Of a DNA stretch of 43,371 nucleotides, positions 1 to 9,138 are shown one piece after another. The stretch lies in IMG/VR virus record IMGVR_UViG_3300046786_000532, positions 1-43,371 of that record; one strand, written 5' to 3'. A program made the position numbers and the translations under genes. The notes below the pieces were generated by a model. It was not told where the DNA came from. It searched no databases and saw only the letters and a list, made by a program, of their open reading frames with translations. Within the stretch, counting starts at the first letter, position 1; every line of letters begins with the position of its first letter. The stretch comes from a virus (taxonomy: Duplodnaviria; Caudoviricetes).

Positions 1-246
1 CTGATTGGTGAGCTAACAGCACAACAAAGAGGTAGCTTTGCTAAGGCTACTGCCGAACGTTCTAACCAACTGGGGGAACTTAACAGGACACTAGAAAACC
101 CAGTTATACGTGGTGGTGCAGCCTTCGGAGCTGGTGTAAAACGTAGTGGGGAAGGTGTAGCACAGGGTGTCGGTGGCATATATGATCTTGCAACACCTGG
201 TAAGGGACAAAGTAGACTTACACAAGCAGCCACTAGGAGTGCAGAA
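1..246. repeat. Terminal direct repeat, copy 1 (circular overlap)
   Basis: 1-246 matches 43126-43371 with 7 substitutions (positions 6, 24, 27, 54, 72, 97, 126); 127-246 is identical. Confidence 0.97.
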
Positions 247-3141
247 GGTTCTGATAAGTTTGTACAGGATAATCAACTTAGTGATGTTGCTTACAAGGGT
301 GGACAGCTCACAGGAGAGGCGTTACAGCTTCTTACTGGTACAAAGGCTATTAAAGCTATGGCATCACTTCCTGGTGCCTCTAAACTTGTTGCAGTAGCAG
401 GTAAAGCAGATGAACTCGAAAACTTACTAAGGACTGTTAATAAAGGCGGTAAAGCTGGGGACGCTGCTATAACAGCTGCTCGTTACCTGCTAGACCCAGC
501 ACGGGTGGCAAACATACTCCAGAACACCGCAGTAGATCAGGGGCAACTCGCAGCAAGGGGACAAGATATAAATGCAAAGACAGTCGCTACAAGTGTGGGT
601 ACAAATTACGCTCTAGGTGGTGTGTTGGACGCTGCTAGTGCTGGACTTACAAGACGAGCTACTAATAAAGCCAACATAGCCCAAGATGCAGCTACACTTG
701 CTGATAACGCACGAATAAACGATCAGATGGCAGGAGCTGGTGATCTAGCTTCAGAACTACCAACCCCAGGTCAACGACAACTCGGTGCAGGTTCACCACA
801 ACCAGTACAGACCGCAGGGGCTTCTGGTGGTGTCATGCAGACTAACGTACCAGCTACGTCCGACCTAAAACGATTAGAAGTTGTGCAGAAAAAGATAGCC
901 AGTGCTCAAAAAAGAGGCGGTTTAGGTGCTGATGAAGCGAGAGCACTTATGCAAGAACGTACTATGCTCATAGAACGTATACAAAACCCAACTGTGGCAC
1001 AGGGTGCCCCAACACCAACTACAGGTAGTACATCATCAGCTACCGCAGTAGATCAACCAACGCTTACACAGGATATTCCAACTGGGAGTAGAACTGGTGC
1101 TACAGCTACTAGCCAGCCTGGTGACATGAAAACTACTGGTAGTGCGTTAGCTACAGAGCGAAGAGCTATAGAAGATAGTATTGTAAAAGAGCTCCCAGAC
1201 AAGGCTCAATATAAGTCAGGTAGTTACACTCAAGAAACTGATAAAGCTATTGAACTTGTCCAGAACAACAGGGCTAGAGCAGAGGCAATAGCGTTTGGCG
1301 GAGAACCTGGTGACAACGTTATACACGAAGTAGCGGTCAGAAAGGCACTAGAAGCACAAGCTCGCAAGAATAAAGACGCTAACACACTCCAACGTATTGC
1401 CCAGTCTCAGAGCAACGTAAAGACCTCAGAGGCTGCACAGAGGCTTGGAGCTGAAGGGTACAACAAAGACCCTGAAAGCCCTGTAGAGGCTATGAAAGAC
1501 GTACTCAAGGCTCGTAAGGACACTAAGCTTAAAGGTATACCTAAAGACCTATCAGCAGATGAATCAGCTAAGATCACAGACTTAGCAGATAAGGTATCTA
1601 CAGCCAAAGCAGAGTTAGAAAACGGTGGAGATAGATTTGCCTACGGTGAAGCACTAGTTAACCTCAGACGCTACAAGAATGAACTTATAGATGGGACCAA
1701 GACCCGTAGAGATAAACTAATGCCAAAAGGTGTAATCAACGCTACCTTTGGTACAGCTAAATCGCTTAAGGCTTCACTAGATAACAGCTTCTTCGGTAGG
1801 CAGGGACTAAAAGTACTTACAACTCACCCAACGGTCTGGGGTAAGGCGTTTGCCAAGTCATGGGGCGACATAGGTAAAGGGCTTAAAGGCATTGATGCCC
1901 TAGATGCTCTTGATGCCGATACACTCTCAAGGGTTAACAACATCAACGGACGTTACGGAAAGATGAAACTAGACGTACATAGTACAGAAGAAGCTTTCCC
2001 ATCAGCATTACAAGAGAAAGTACCTGGACTCGGTAGACTATTCAAAGCTACTGAGTATGCCTACGTAGGTGCAGCACACCGTATGCGAGCTGATCTAGCC
2101 GATCAGATATTAGAAAAAGCCCAAAAAGCAGGTGTAGATATAGATGACCCTAAGCAGCTGGAATCTATAGGTAAGCTAATTAACTCAATGACTGGTAGAG
2201 GACACCTAGGTAAAGCAGAACCCGCAGCAGATATGCTTAATAACCTATTCTTCTCACCACGTAACTGGAAATCTAACATAGACACTATAACAGCCCACCA
2301 GCTACAGAAGGGTGTTACGCCATTTGTTAGAAAAGAGGCAGCCCAGAACTTAGTAAAGATGATAGCTGTGGTAGGTGCGACTATGGCAGCTGCTGAGAAC
2401 TTTGTACCAGGCAGCGTAGAAAAAGACCCTCGTAGCTCTGACTTCGGCAAGATAAAGATCGGTAATACTAGGTTTGACGCTTCAGGAGGCATGGCGAGTA
2501 TAGCTACAGTGGCATCAAGACTTGCAACCAGAGAGACGAAAAGCTCAACTACGGGGCAGGTTACAAAGTTAAATGGTGACGAGTTTGGAGCACGTTCAAC
2601 ATGGGACGTACTTATGGACTACGCAGAAGGTAAAATGTCACCAGGTGCAGGGGCTATAAAACAAGTACTAACTGGCAAGAACTTCATCGGGGAGAAAGTA
2701 ACACCTGGCAGTTTTGCTAAAGACCTATTCATGCCACTACCTGTATCTAACTACGAAGAGCTAAAGAATGATCCGAAGAGTGCTAACACCTTAATAGCCA
2801 TGATCTCTGATGGTCTAGGTGTGGGTACTAACACCTACTCAGCACAGAAAGACTGGAATAAGAGTGATACCAAGAGAATCGGTGGATTCAAGGAAACTGT
2901 TGATGCGAAGAAGTTTAGCGAAGCTAACAACGCCTTTAACGAGGCTTACTCTCAATGGGTAGACAAAGTGACTACTAATGAGGAGTTTAAGAAACTACCG
3001 CCACAAACTCAAAAGACCCTACTTTCACAGAAAAGCCAAGACTTAACCGATCAGGTGCTCAAAGACTACGGCTATGAGTACAAGGCCAAGAAGAAGTCAG
3101 AAGAGGAAACCAGAACCATTAAACAGTTGAAACAACTGTGA
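1..3141 (+). CDS. 3' part of a ~1197 aa large internal virion/DNA-ejection protein that starts at 42673 and crosses the circular junction
   Basis: Frame 1 is open from position 1 and continuous with the ORF starting at ATG 42673 through the terminal repeat. Ala/Lys/Gly-rich, helical. C-terminal DPRSSDFGKIKIGNTRFD segment resembles large polyvalent/ejection proteins. Located after the nozzle genes. Confidence 0.7.
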   Translation: MIGELTAQQRGSFAKATAERSNQLGELNRTLENPVIRGGAAFGAGVKRSGEGVAQGVGGIYDLATPGKGQSRLTQAATRSAEGSDKFVQDNQLSDVAYKGGQLTGEALQLLTGTKAIKAMASLPGASKLVAVAGKADELENLLRTVNKGGKAGDAAITAARYLLDPARVANILQNTAVDQGQLAARGQDINAKTVATSVGTNYALGGVLDAASAGLTRRATNKANIAQDAATLADNARINDQMAGAGDLASELPTPGQRQLGAGSPQPVQTAGASGGVMQTNVPATSDLKRLEVVQKKIASAQKRGGLGADEARALMQERTMLIERIQNPTVAQGAPTPTTGSTSSATAVDQPTLTQDIPTGSRTGATATSQPGDMKTTGSALATERRAIEDSIVKELPDKAQYKSGSYTQETDKAIELVQNNRARAEAIAFGGEPGDNVIHEVAVRKALEAQARKNKDANTLQRIAQSQSNVKTSEAAQRLGAEGYNKDPESPVEAMKDVLKARKDTKLKGIPKDLSADESAKITDLADKVSTAKAELENGGDRFAYGEALVNLRRYKNELIDGTKTRRDKLMPKGVINATFGTAKSLKASLDNSFFGRQGLKVLTTHPTVWGKAFAKSWGDIGKGLKGIDALDALDADTLSRVNNINGRYGKMKLDVHSTEEAFPSALQEKVPGLGRLFKATEYAYVGAAHRMRADLADQILEKAQKAGVDIDDPKQLESIGKLINSMTGRGHLGKAEPAADMLNNLFFSPRNWKSNIDTITAHQLQKGVTPFVRKEAAQNLVKMIAVVGATMAAAENFVPGSVEKDPRSSDFGKIKIGNTRFDASGGMASIATVASRLATRETKSSTTGQVTKLNGDEFGARSTWDVLMDYAEGKMSPGAGAIKQVLTGKNFIGEKVTPGSFAKDLFMPLPVSNYEELKNDPKSANTLIAMISDGLGVGTNTYSAQKDWNKSDTKRIGGFKETVDAKKFSEANNAFNEAYSQWVDKVTTNEEFKKLPPQTQKTLLSQKSQDLTDQVLKDYGYEYKAKKKSEEETRTIKQLKQL

Positions 3142-3178
3142 TAAAATGATAACAGTAGGAATAAAAGGAACATAAAAA

Positions 3179-3883
3179 ATGGCAATTGTAAACAAACCAA
3201 ACACATTTAGCGGTAACACCACAATCTCAAGTTCAGAGATCAACTCTAACTTCGATACTCTATACAATGAATTTAACGGTAGTATAAGCTCAGCTAACTT
3301 AGTAGATGATGCCGTAACGGCCGCCAAACTCGCTGATAACTCTGTTGGAACGGCTAATATCACAGACGCAGCAGTAACACCTGCAAAACTTAGCTCAACT
3401 GTTGGTGCATGGGAGGTGCTTGCAAATGTAACACTAAGCGGTGCTGCGGATACAATTAGTAGCGGTACGTTTACAGCCAAGCGCTTTTTAAGGGTACTAA
3501 TAGACATAACACATACAGGTGCAGCTCAGGGCAACATGGTATTTAACGGCGATACTGGAAATAACTACGCAATTCGCTATGTATACTCAGGGGCATATTC
3601 ATCAGCAACAGCAGTAAGTCAAATCGGCGCTATATTTAACAATAATGCTACTGGAGCAAGTGGTGGTGTAGTAGACATTTTCAATAGAAGCAACGCTGCT
3701 AAACATGGCTCGGTAACTGGTAGTGAGGGAACTACAAATGCTGGAACGGTTGGCACTGCCACTATTATTAACTTCAAATGGATAAATAACTCTGCGGCAA
3801 TAACATCAATCACTATTACCAACGGTGCAGCTGGCGACTTTGATGCAGGTAGTAGGCTGGTCGTGCTGGGTTCAGACTTCTAG
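3179..3883 (+). CDS. Short tail fibre / virion appendage protein
   Basis: N-terminal SSEINSNFDTLYN anchor-like motif, AVTAAKLA repeats, G/S/T/N-rich beta C-terminus; SD aaagga. Confidence 0.65.
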   Translation: MAIVNKPNTFSGNTTISSSEINSNFDTLYNEFNGSISSANLVDDAVTAAKLADNSVGTANITDAAVTPAKLSSTVGAWEVLANVTLSGAADTISSGTFTAKRFLRVLIDITHTGAAQGNMVFNGDTGNNYAIRYVYSGAYSSATAVSQIGAIFNNNATGASGGVVDIFNRSNAAKHGSVTGSEGTTNAGTVGTATIINFKWINNSAAITSITITNGAAGDFDAGSRLVVLGSDF

Positions 3884-3971
3884 CCTAGCCCCGAACCTTT
3901 CACCGCACAGTGTTCGGGTTGTACTTATATTAAATGCTCAAATACTAGTAATGCAATGTTAGATATATCAC

Positions 3972-3997
3972 AAAAAAGCCCCCGAAAGGGCTCTTTT
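3972..3997. terminator. Bidirectional intrinsic terminator where the two genome arms converge
   Basis: aaaaaa-gccc-ccgaaa-gggc-tctttt between convergent genes. Confidence 0.75.
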
Positions 3998-4052
3998 ACA
4001 CAGCTGTCACTTGTTTCCCCGTGACAGTTCATATATTAGCACTACTTTATGC

Positions 4053-4547
4053 CTAGTACCAATGGTTGCGTTGCCAGAATGATCTAGCACCTGCCCACGA
4101 TCCATAGCGTTGCATAACGTACTTAGTACCGCATCTCATCTGTTCGACAGGATCAGGTGTCTTTACACAACCTACACTAGCCCAAGTTGAATCTAGGAAC
4201 TGGAATATGCCGTAGGCTGTAGATGTTGGGTTCTGAGCTGTTGGTCTACAACCCGATTCTTTACCAATTAACCAGACTGCATCAGGATCGCTAATACCAG
4301 CTTGAGCTAACCAGTCCCCACATGTGCCTGTGGCACTCGTAGGAGCCACTGGTGCAGGTTTTGGTGGTGCAACTGGTACTTTTGCTACTTCTTGCTTCTG
4401 AGCGTGTACAACAGGCTGTAGAGGCTGTATTATTGATTGTTTCTTAACGTTCTGTGGGTGTTCGTTTACTGTCTTGTGTGTTGGCGGTGTCACTAACATT
4501 ACGAGTAGTGTTGAAGTGAGTGCCAGTAGAAAGTTTTTCATCTTCAA
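4053..4547 (-). CDS. Secreted lytic transglycosylase (SLT/Rpf-like lysozyme fold)
   Basis: Signal-like hydrophobic N-terminus, Pro-rich linker, IGKESG catalytic Glu motif, AYGIFQF, YVMQRYGSW..A..FWQRNHWY C-terminus. Confidence 0.85.
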   Translation of the reverse strand: MKMKNFLLALTSTLLVMLVTPPTHKTVNEHPQNVKKQSIIQPLQPVVHAQKQEVAKVPVAPPKPAPVAPTSATGTCGDWLAQAGISDPDAVWLIGKESGCRPTAQNPTSTAYGIFQFLDSTWASVGCVKTPDPVEQMRCGTKYVMQRYGSWAGARSFWQRNHWY

Positions 4548-4610
4548 GCCTGGTCGGTTAGGTCGGGTGGCTATTGTTCTCCTTGTTAAGTGAAGTGTTA
4601 GTATTATACC

Positions 4611-4874
4611 TTATTTCTTAAATGCACGGCTACCAATAACGAATGTTGATACAAAAGCTATAATGCCATTAAATTCTGGGATGGCTACATAGTATTTTGC
4701 TAACTCGTAGCTTGCGAACGCTATGGCACAGTATGATAAACCAATGGCTAACCAGTGTATAGGTCTACCGTTCCATAGTTCTCTGTTGATCCAAGCTTTG
4801 ATGGCCTGGTTCTTAGGTTGCTGTTTTTTCTTAGGTGAGATAGCTTTTACTAACTCGTTTGTTCGTCTACTCAT
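4611..4874 (-). CDS. Small two-TM membrane protein
   Basis: Basic N-terminus then two hydrophobic segments; ATG 4874 after SD aaagga; own promoter upstream. Confidence 0.65.
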   Translation of the reverse strand: MSRRTNELVKAISPKKKQQPKNQAIKAWINRELWNGRPIHWLAIGLSYCAIAFASYELAKYYVAIPEFNGIIAFVSTFVIGSRAFKK

Positions 4875-4906
4875 AATCAGTTGTCCTTTCCTATTAGAGT
4901 ACCTTA

Positions 4907-4935
4907 ATACTATCATGCTTACGTTAATATGTCAA
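4907..4935 (-). promoter_or_regulatory. Sigma70-type promoter TTGACA-17-TAGTAT with extended TG
   Basis: Minus strand ttgaca tattaacgtaagcatga tagtat. Confidence 0.7.
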
Positions 4936-5056
4936 TACCTAAAATACACTATGAGACGGAGGGAGGAATCGAACAACTGATTATCTGCGGTGAGGGAACA
5001 CCAAAAGAAAACCTCCGCCTCATACTACATTCTGGTTCCCACCACCATTCTATCAT

Positions 5057-5707
5057 CTAGTCGTCTAGGTATATACCAAGAGCTTTTTCTACAGGCCATC
5101 CATACCTAACTCGACTTACTACTGTGTTGTATTTTAGTCCTTGGGTTTTAGCCCAGCCATGCAATGAGTCTGTCACACCGTTGAAAGTATGAAGGTTAGA
5201 CCGCGTACTATTAAGCGACTGTTCTTTGTGTGTCGCCCACCTACAATTAGTAGGCTCATAGTTACCATCGTTGTTTATACGGTCAAGTGTAAGCCCCTGT
5301 TTTCTACCACTATTATCAGCCCACTCAATGAACCCGTTTACTGATAACCACTCTTCACAAACACCTACACCTCTACCACCGTATCTGGGGTAATCGGGGG
5401 CTTTTTTGTCATAGCATCTTCTGAGCATATTCCTCCAAGTGCTATACATGGGGTGTTTTCGTTTCCCGTGTACTGGTTTGAATGTGCCCTTCAGCTTACC
5501 TTCAATATACAGTTTTTTCATTTTCGCAGACTGTTGTGGTCTCGTTACACCCTTATTCACGTTGACGATTACCTTTAGACCCATTCTATTTGCTTTTAAA
5601 TAGACAGAGTTCATAGACTTTCCGAGCCTGTCTGCACAGTATCTAGAGCCTCCTGTCGGGTAGTGATCAACTAAAAACCGTTCCTCTTCACTGGTGTACT
5701 TATTCAT
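5057..5707 (-). CDS. HNH homing endonuclease
   Basis: YSTWRNMLRRC...YPRYGGRGVGVCEEW...LTLDRINNDGNYEPTNCRWAT..EQ.LN motif set; likely ATG at 5707. Confidence 0.88.
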   Translation of the reverse strand: MNKYTSEEERFLVDHYPTGGSRYCADRLGKSMNSVYLKANRMGLKVIVNVNKGVTRPQQSAKMKKLYIEGKLKGTFKPVHGKRKHPMYSTWRNMLRRCYDKKAPDYPRYGGRGVGVCEEWLSVNGFIEWADNSGRKQGLTLDRINNDGNYEPTNCRWATHKEQSLNSTRSNLHTFNGVTDSLHGWAKTQGLKYNTVVSRVRYGWPVEKALGIYLDD

Positions 5708-5732
5708 AGTGACCAGTATACTGACAAGCAAC

Positions 5733-6107
5733 TCAGTCGTCAATGTATATATTTACCCTTGGATCTTCCTTGTCGTATCCCCCAAAGCTCGCAGAGATGT
5801 TATCAACAAAGTTTATGTTGTCATCCTCTATCACACCTGCGTGTACTAAAGCATCGAGAACCGCAGACACGGAATTATCCAAGTCCTTGGCTCGTTTAGT
5901 CGGGTAATAAAACTCCATGGCTATGCCTATAGGATAACCCGATACTTTCAACCCTTTGAACTGGTCTCTAAGCTGATCTACGGCAGTAGCTTGCCACGCC
6001 TTTGATCTTACTGAGCTAGTTATAAATGGCTTGCCTGTGCGTTTGTTTACGAAGATCTGCTTTTGATTCTTCAAGGCTGGTACATCTCCACTAATCACTA
6101 GTTTCAT
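5733..6107 (-). CDS. rusA: RusA-family Holliday junction resolvase
   Basis: DLDN...VLDALVHAGVIEDDN motif; 124 aa. Confidence 0.85.
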   Translation of the reverse strand: MKLVISGDVPALKNQKQIFVNKRTGKPFITSSVRSKAWQATAVDQLRDQFKGLKVSGYPIGIAMEFYYPTKRAKDLDNSVSAVLDALVHAGVIEDDNINFVDNISASFGGYDKEDPRVNIYIDD

Positions 6108-6237
6108 ATTTCGTAGTCTTTCTTTTTGTTACCCTACCACAACCCTTACATACTGGGCATTGTACTACCACCTTGCACTGTGGACAAGTTGGCGAGTTGG
6201 TCTTGATACCACAGCCAGTACACTTTCTACTAGTCAT
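6091..6237 (-). CDS. Small Cys-rich zinc-finger protein
   Basis: MTSRKCTGC...CPQC...CPVCKGCG; ATG overlaps the upstream stop (ATGA). Confidence 0.6.
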   Translation of the reverse strand: MTSRKCTGCGIKTNSPTCPQCKVVVQCPVCKGCGRVTKRKTTKYETSD

Positions 6238-6458
6238 TTCGTGTTCCAATACAACTTCTCTAGCAACTCCTCTGCTTTCTCCTGATCCAAAGGCTTCTGT
6301 GGCACTCTCCATCCCTCCGCAATAAACAACTCAGTTATATCATTAACTAACTGTATACAGTCTTTACAGTCGGTAGCGTGGAGCTGATTTGCGTGGGTGC
6401 AGGTTAGGTCTAGGAGTTTTGATTGTAGGCTAGTATTCTCTGTGTTTGATGTGTGCAT
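6234..6458 (-). CDS. Hypothetical protein
   Basis: Coupled to both neighbours in the early operon. Confidence 0.6.
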   Translation of the reverse strand: MHTSNTENTSLQSKLLDLTCTHANQLHATDCKDCIQLVNDITELFIAEGWRVPQKPLDQEKAEELLEKLYWNTK

Positions 6459-6673
6459 TACTTTTGCTCCTCGGCTCCATCGCCCATGCTACCCCGCACC
6501 ATCACTGGTACTTGTTCTTTGCACTCTATGTAGTCCAACACTGTTCGCTGAACTGCCGCAACAATGGTCTCATCTCCTGCTACCTTCACTTCATAAATAT
6601 CATACTCGTCGTCACTTCGATATTCGTGCGTACTGTCTCTTAACTCGCTGATTGTGATTTTATATCGCATCAC
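6458..6673 (-). CDS. Hypothetical protein
   Basis: Operon-coupled ORF with SD ggagg. Confidence 0.6.
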   Translation of the reverse strand: MMRYKITISELRDSTHEYRSDDEYDIYEVKVAGDETIVAAVQRTVLDYIECKEQVPVMVRGSMGDGAEEQK

Positions 6674-6830
6674 TATCCTCCTTATCTATATATTCTCTAC
6701 GCATACAATAACTACACTGTACGATGTATTTGTCGGCTAGTTGACTACTTACAATCATCTCAGGGTGACATTTTTTAATACCTAGTTTCTTTAAGAATAC
6801 TTTGGTTAAAGTTGGGTAGTCTTTACTCAT
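6660..6830 (-). CDS. Hypothetical small protein (CxxC)
   Basis: ATG 6830 after a ggagggg SD; MSKDYPT... Confidence 0.55.
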   Translation of the reverse strand: MSKDYPTLTKVFLKKLGIKKCHPEMIVSSQLADKYIVQCSYCMRREYIDKEDSDAI

Positions 6831-7287
6831 TCTCCCCTCCATATTCTTTTCTAAAGGCTGTGCGAAGCTCTGCTCTGAACATATCTCTTGTTTGAGAATC
6901 TCTCGTGGCTTGCTCAATGCCTGGGTAGTAGGTCATCAGTCCAGTATTATTTTCGTCTTCACCTATCAGCCTCTCTGCGATTGTGAGGTAATGAGCGTTA
7001 AGAGCTTTTTCAGCATCTTCCCAGGCACTCTCGCCAGCGTGTTCATCTAAAAAGTCTTCTAGTATATTAAGTACTGTCTTGTCAGACTCTTCATAACTCC
7101 TTATCTTCTTAGCTAACTCCTTGAGCCTTCCTGCTGGGTCTGGATTACTTGACTGTGGTGGGTGTATTGAATCTTCTGGGATAGTTGGGGTTCTGCTTAT
7201 ATAACCACATTCGCATGCATGATACTCGCCACTTTCATCAATAGTTCTGCGGTAAACGTGTTCATGTTCTTTCTTTTCAGATTTCAT
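6823..7287 (-). CDS. Hypothetical modular protein (N-terminal HxH...CxC motif; C-terminal module shared with 8165-8395)
   Basis: 154 aa ORF with overlapping start/stop; shared NAH.LT.AERLI...TAFRKEYG block. Confidence 0.7.
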   Translation of the reverse strand: MKSEKKEHEHVYRRTIDESGEYHACECGYISRTPTIPEDSIHPPQSSNPDPAGRLKELAKKIRSYEESDKTVLNILEDFLDEHAGESAWEDAEKALNAHYLTIAERLIGEDENNTGLMTYYPGIEQATRDSQTRDMFRAELRTAFRKEYGGENE

Positions 7288-7655
7288 AATGATTCCTCAC
7301 TTTCTACGTTAGGTTTATGTGTGTTCTTACTTCTATTTAGTTTAGGTTGCATTATTTCTATGACCGCTTTGCAGCCATCGACATCTATGACCTTAAAGTG
7401 CTTGAATGGTATATAAGCTATCTCTCTACCATCTGGCAGTACATTGACTGATAGGTGTCTCTCGCCATGTCTTTGTGTCTTTTGTTTCCTATCTACAAAC
7501 AGCAAGCCTCTTTTCTCAAGTCGCTTAAAATGGTGTTGTAGATTACCAGGAGACATTTCTGGTTGGTCAATCAACTCAGCGATTTTGCGGAGTGGTATTC
7601 GAGACAGGTCAGTTGTTTTAGAAAGCTCCAATAGTTGTTCTTGTATGTTGCTCAT
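7284..7655 (-). CDS. LexA-N-like winged-helix DNA-binding protein without a peptidase domain
   Basis: LSRIPLRKIAELI...SPGNLQHHFKRLEKRGLLFVD wHTH pattern. Confidence 0.6.
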   Translation of the reverse strand: MSNIQEQLLELSKTTDLSRIPLRKIAELIDQPEMSPGNLQHHFKRLEKRGLLFVDRKQKTQRHGERHLSVNVLPDGREIAYIPFKHFKVIDVDGCKAVIEIMQPKLNRSKNTHKPNVESEESL

Positions 7656-7660
7656 TTAAC

Positions 7661-8011
7661 CTACCTCTGCTCCACAGGCAAGTACCTATGCATAAGACTG
7701 ATGTAGTGCTGAGTTAGTCTACCCATTTCAGCAAAAGCCTCTTCAATGGTCTCAAACTCATCTGATACATGTTTCCAGCCAGCGTACTCACCAGTTTCTG
7801 GAACAACCATTTTCTGCATTACACAGTAGTGTTGACCGTTTTCGTGGTAAGGATGTTCTTGCATTTTATTTACTTTTAGGTATGGGACTGCTGTAAATAT
7901 TTTTTCTCTGGTGTCACTAATAGTTATTTTTTGCTCACCACAGTATCTACAGTCACCGTCAGTGTTGGTCTTAGTGTCGCTTTTACAGTTATTACAGTTG
8001 CTCATACTCAT
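7661..8011 (-). CDS. Hypothetical protein with an N-terminal Zn ribbon
   Basis: CNNC...CRYC. Confidence 0.65.
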   Translation of the reverse strand: MSMSNCNNCKSDTKTNTDGDCRYCGEQKITISDTREKIFTAVPYLKVNKMQEHPYHENGQHYCVMQKMVVPETGEYAGWKHVSDEFETIEEAFAEMGRLTQHYISLMHRYLPVEQR

Positions 8012-8172
8012 TCCCCTTCCTTATTAGATTGGTTGGCTAAATCTATAGACTCAATCATCAACTTCTGCGACTCCACCTCTAAGTGATGGCTTATGAGTGC
8101 AGTAAGTTCTATCATTTCGTGTAGATCAAGATGTTTTTGTAGTATGTTGAATGCTTTTTGTGGACTAGACAT
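8008..8172 (-). CDS. Hypothetical 54 aa protein (absent from ORF track)
   Basis: MSSPQKAFNILQKHLDLHEM...NKEGE; fills the gap between neighbours, with ATGA overlap at its stop. Confidence 0.55.
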   Translation of the reverse strand: MSSPQKAFNILQKHLDLHEMIELTALISHHLEVESQKLMIESIDLANQSNKEGE

Positions 8173-8395
8173 CATTCTCTCCATATTCTTTTCTAAAGGC
8201 TGTGGTTACGTCCTGAATAGCTAAATTATAGCCACGCTCAATATCATTAAGTGGTATTTTGATAGTTCCAACTTTCTCGTCTGGTATCAGCCTCTCTGCA
8301 ACTGTGAGGAGGTGGGCGTTGATGGCTTCAATTGATTTTTTACAGCCGTCACACCAAGTTTCAAACTCTCCTACACATGATGGCAGTAGTTTCAT
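8165..8395 (-). CDS. Hypothetical modular protein
   Basis: Shares C-terminal module with 6823-7287; SD aggag. Confidence 0.65.
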   Translation of the reverse strand: MKLLPSCVGEFETWCDGCKKSIEAINAHLLTVAERLIPDEKVGTIKIPLNDIERGYNLAIQDVTTAFRKEYGENDV

Positions 8396-8613
8396 TCTCC
8401 TAATTTTCTCCTTTCATCTACTCTTTTTAAGTAATCTATGCCACCGTCGACGTAACCCTTTTTGTACTCCTCTGATATGAGGGGCTCAATCTTGGCCATT
8501 GCCTGCTTTATGCGACATAAATTCGGATTAATCCTTTCTTCTATCCCGCAGTACCCGTGGCCTATTTCGCTATCGAGTACTGCTTCAATCTTTACTAAAA
8601 TGCTAGTCATCAC
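8392..8613 (-). CDS. Hypothetical protein
   Basis: Operon-coupled; KKGYVDGGID motif shared with 9126-9440. Confidence 0.6.
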   Translation of the reverse strand: MMTSILVKIEAVLDSEIGHGYCGIEERINPNLCRIKQAMAKIEPLISEEYKKGYVDGGIDYLKRVDERRKLGE

Positions 8614-8938
8614 ATCTACCGTTATTGCAATTAGTTGTCATTGGTTTCGCCCCGCATAGCTCGCATTGGTCGTTATTTGCCCTGAGTTCTTTTATCCGTC
8701 TATCTATTTTGTAGTTCGTTGTAACACAACTATACGTTGATGGATGTTGACATCGCTCGCACCACTTGTCGTGGGAGTCGTCCTGGATTAGGTGGTATTG
8801 CTGCCCAAGCTCGTAAACTATTAGTTCAATTAAGTCGTTCACATCTGCCCGACGACTATCAAGTGAACCGTCGCTTGTGCCAATCAACAGGTTATGCTTG
8901 TGGCCAACGTACCAGTTATCTATGTTATGAACCATCAT
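8603..8938 (-). CDS. Hypothetical Cys-rich protein
   Basis: CERC, CELC, CNNGRC motifs. Confidence 0.6.
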   Translation of the reverse strand: MMVHNIDNWYVGHKHNLLIGTSDGSLDSRRADVNDLIELIVYELGQQYHLIQDDSHDKWCERCQHPSTYSCVTTNYKIDRRIKELRANNDQCELCGAKPMTTNCNNGRCDD

Positions 8939-9138
8939 TACAAGTCGCCCATCACGTTCTTGATAAATAGTTCTTTATCAAACTTGGGGTTATCGGCTTG
9001 TAGGTAGTCCGCAATGGACTCCGTTGCACGTTCGATACCTCTGATGCATTCTAAAAACCGTAGGTCGCTCATACTCTGGTGTGAAAAGTGTAGGGCCTCT
9101 GTTATTAGGTTGTAGTCTTTTCTGGTCATTTCATGCAC
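8938..9138 (-). CDS. Hypothetical protein
   Basis: MTRKDY.LI...DNPKFDKELF pattern typical of small phage proteins. Confidence 0.65.
   Translation of the reverse strand: MHEMTRKDYNLITEALHFSHQSMSDLRFLECIRGIERATESIADYLQADNPKFDKELFIKNVMGDL

Noticed and set aside
4950-5023. Possible tRNA on the minus strand (GTTCGATTCC T-loop-like sequence inside a 13 bp stem)
   Set aside because: No T-stem, D-arm or anticodon arm can be formed; it is better treated as a simple end-of-operon hairpin
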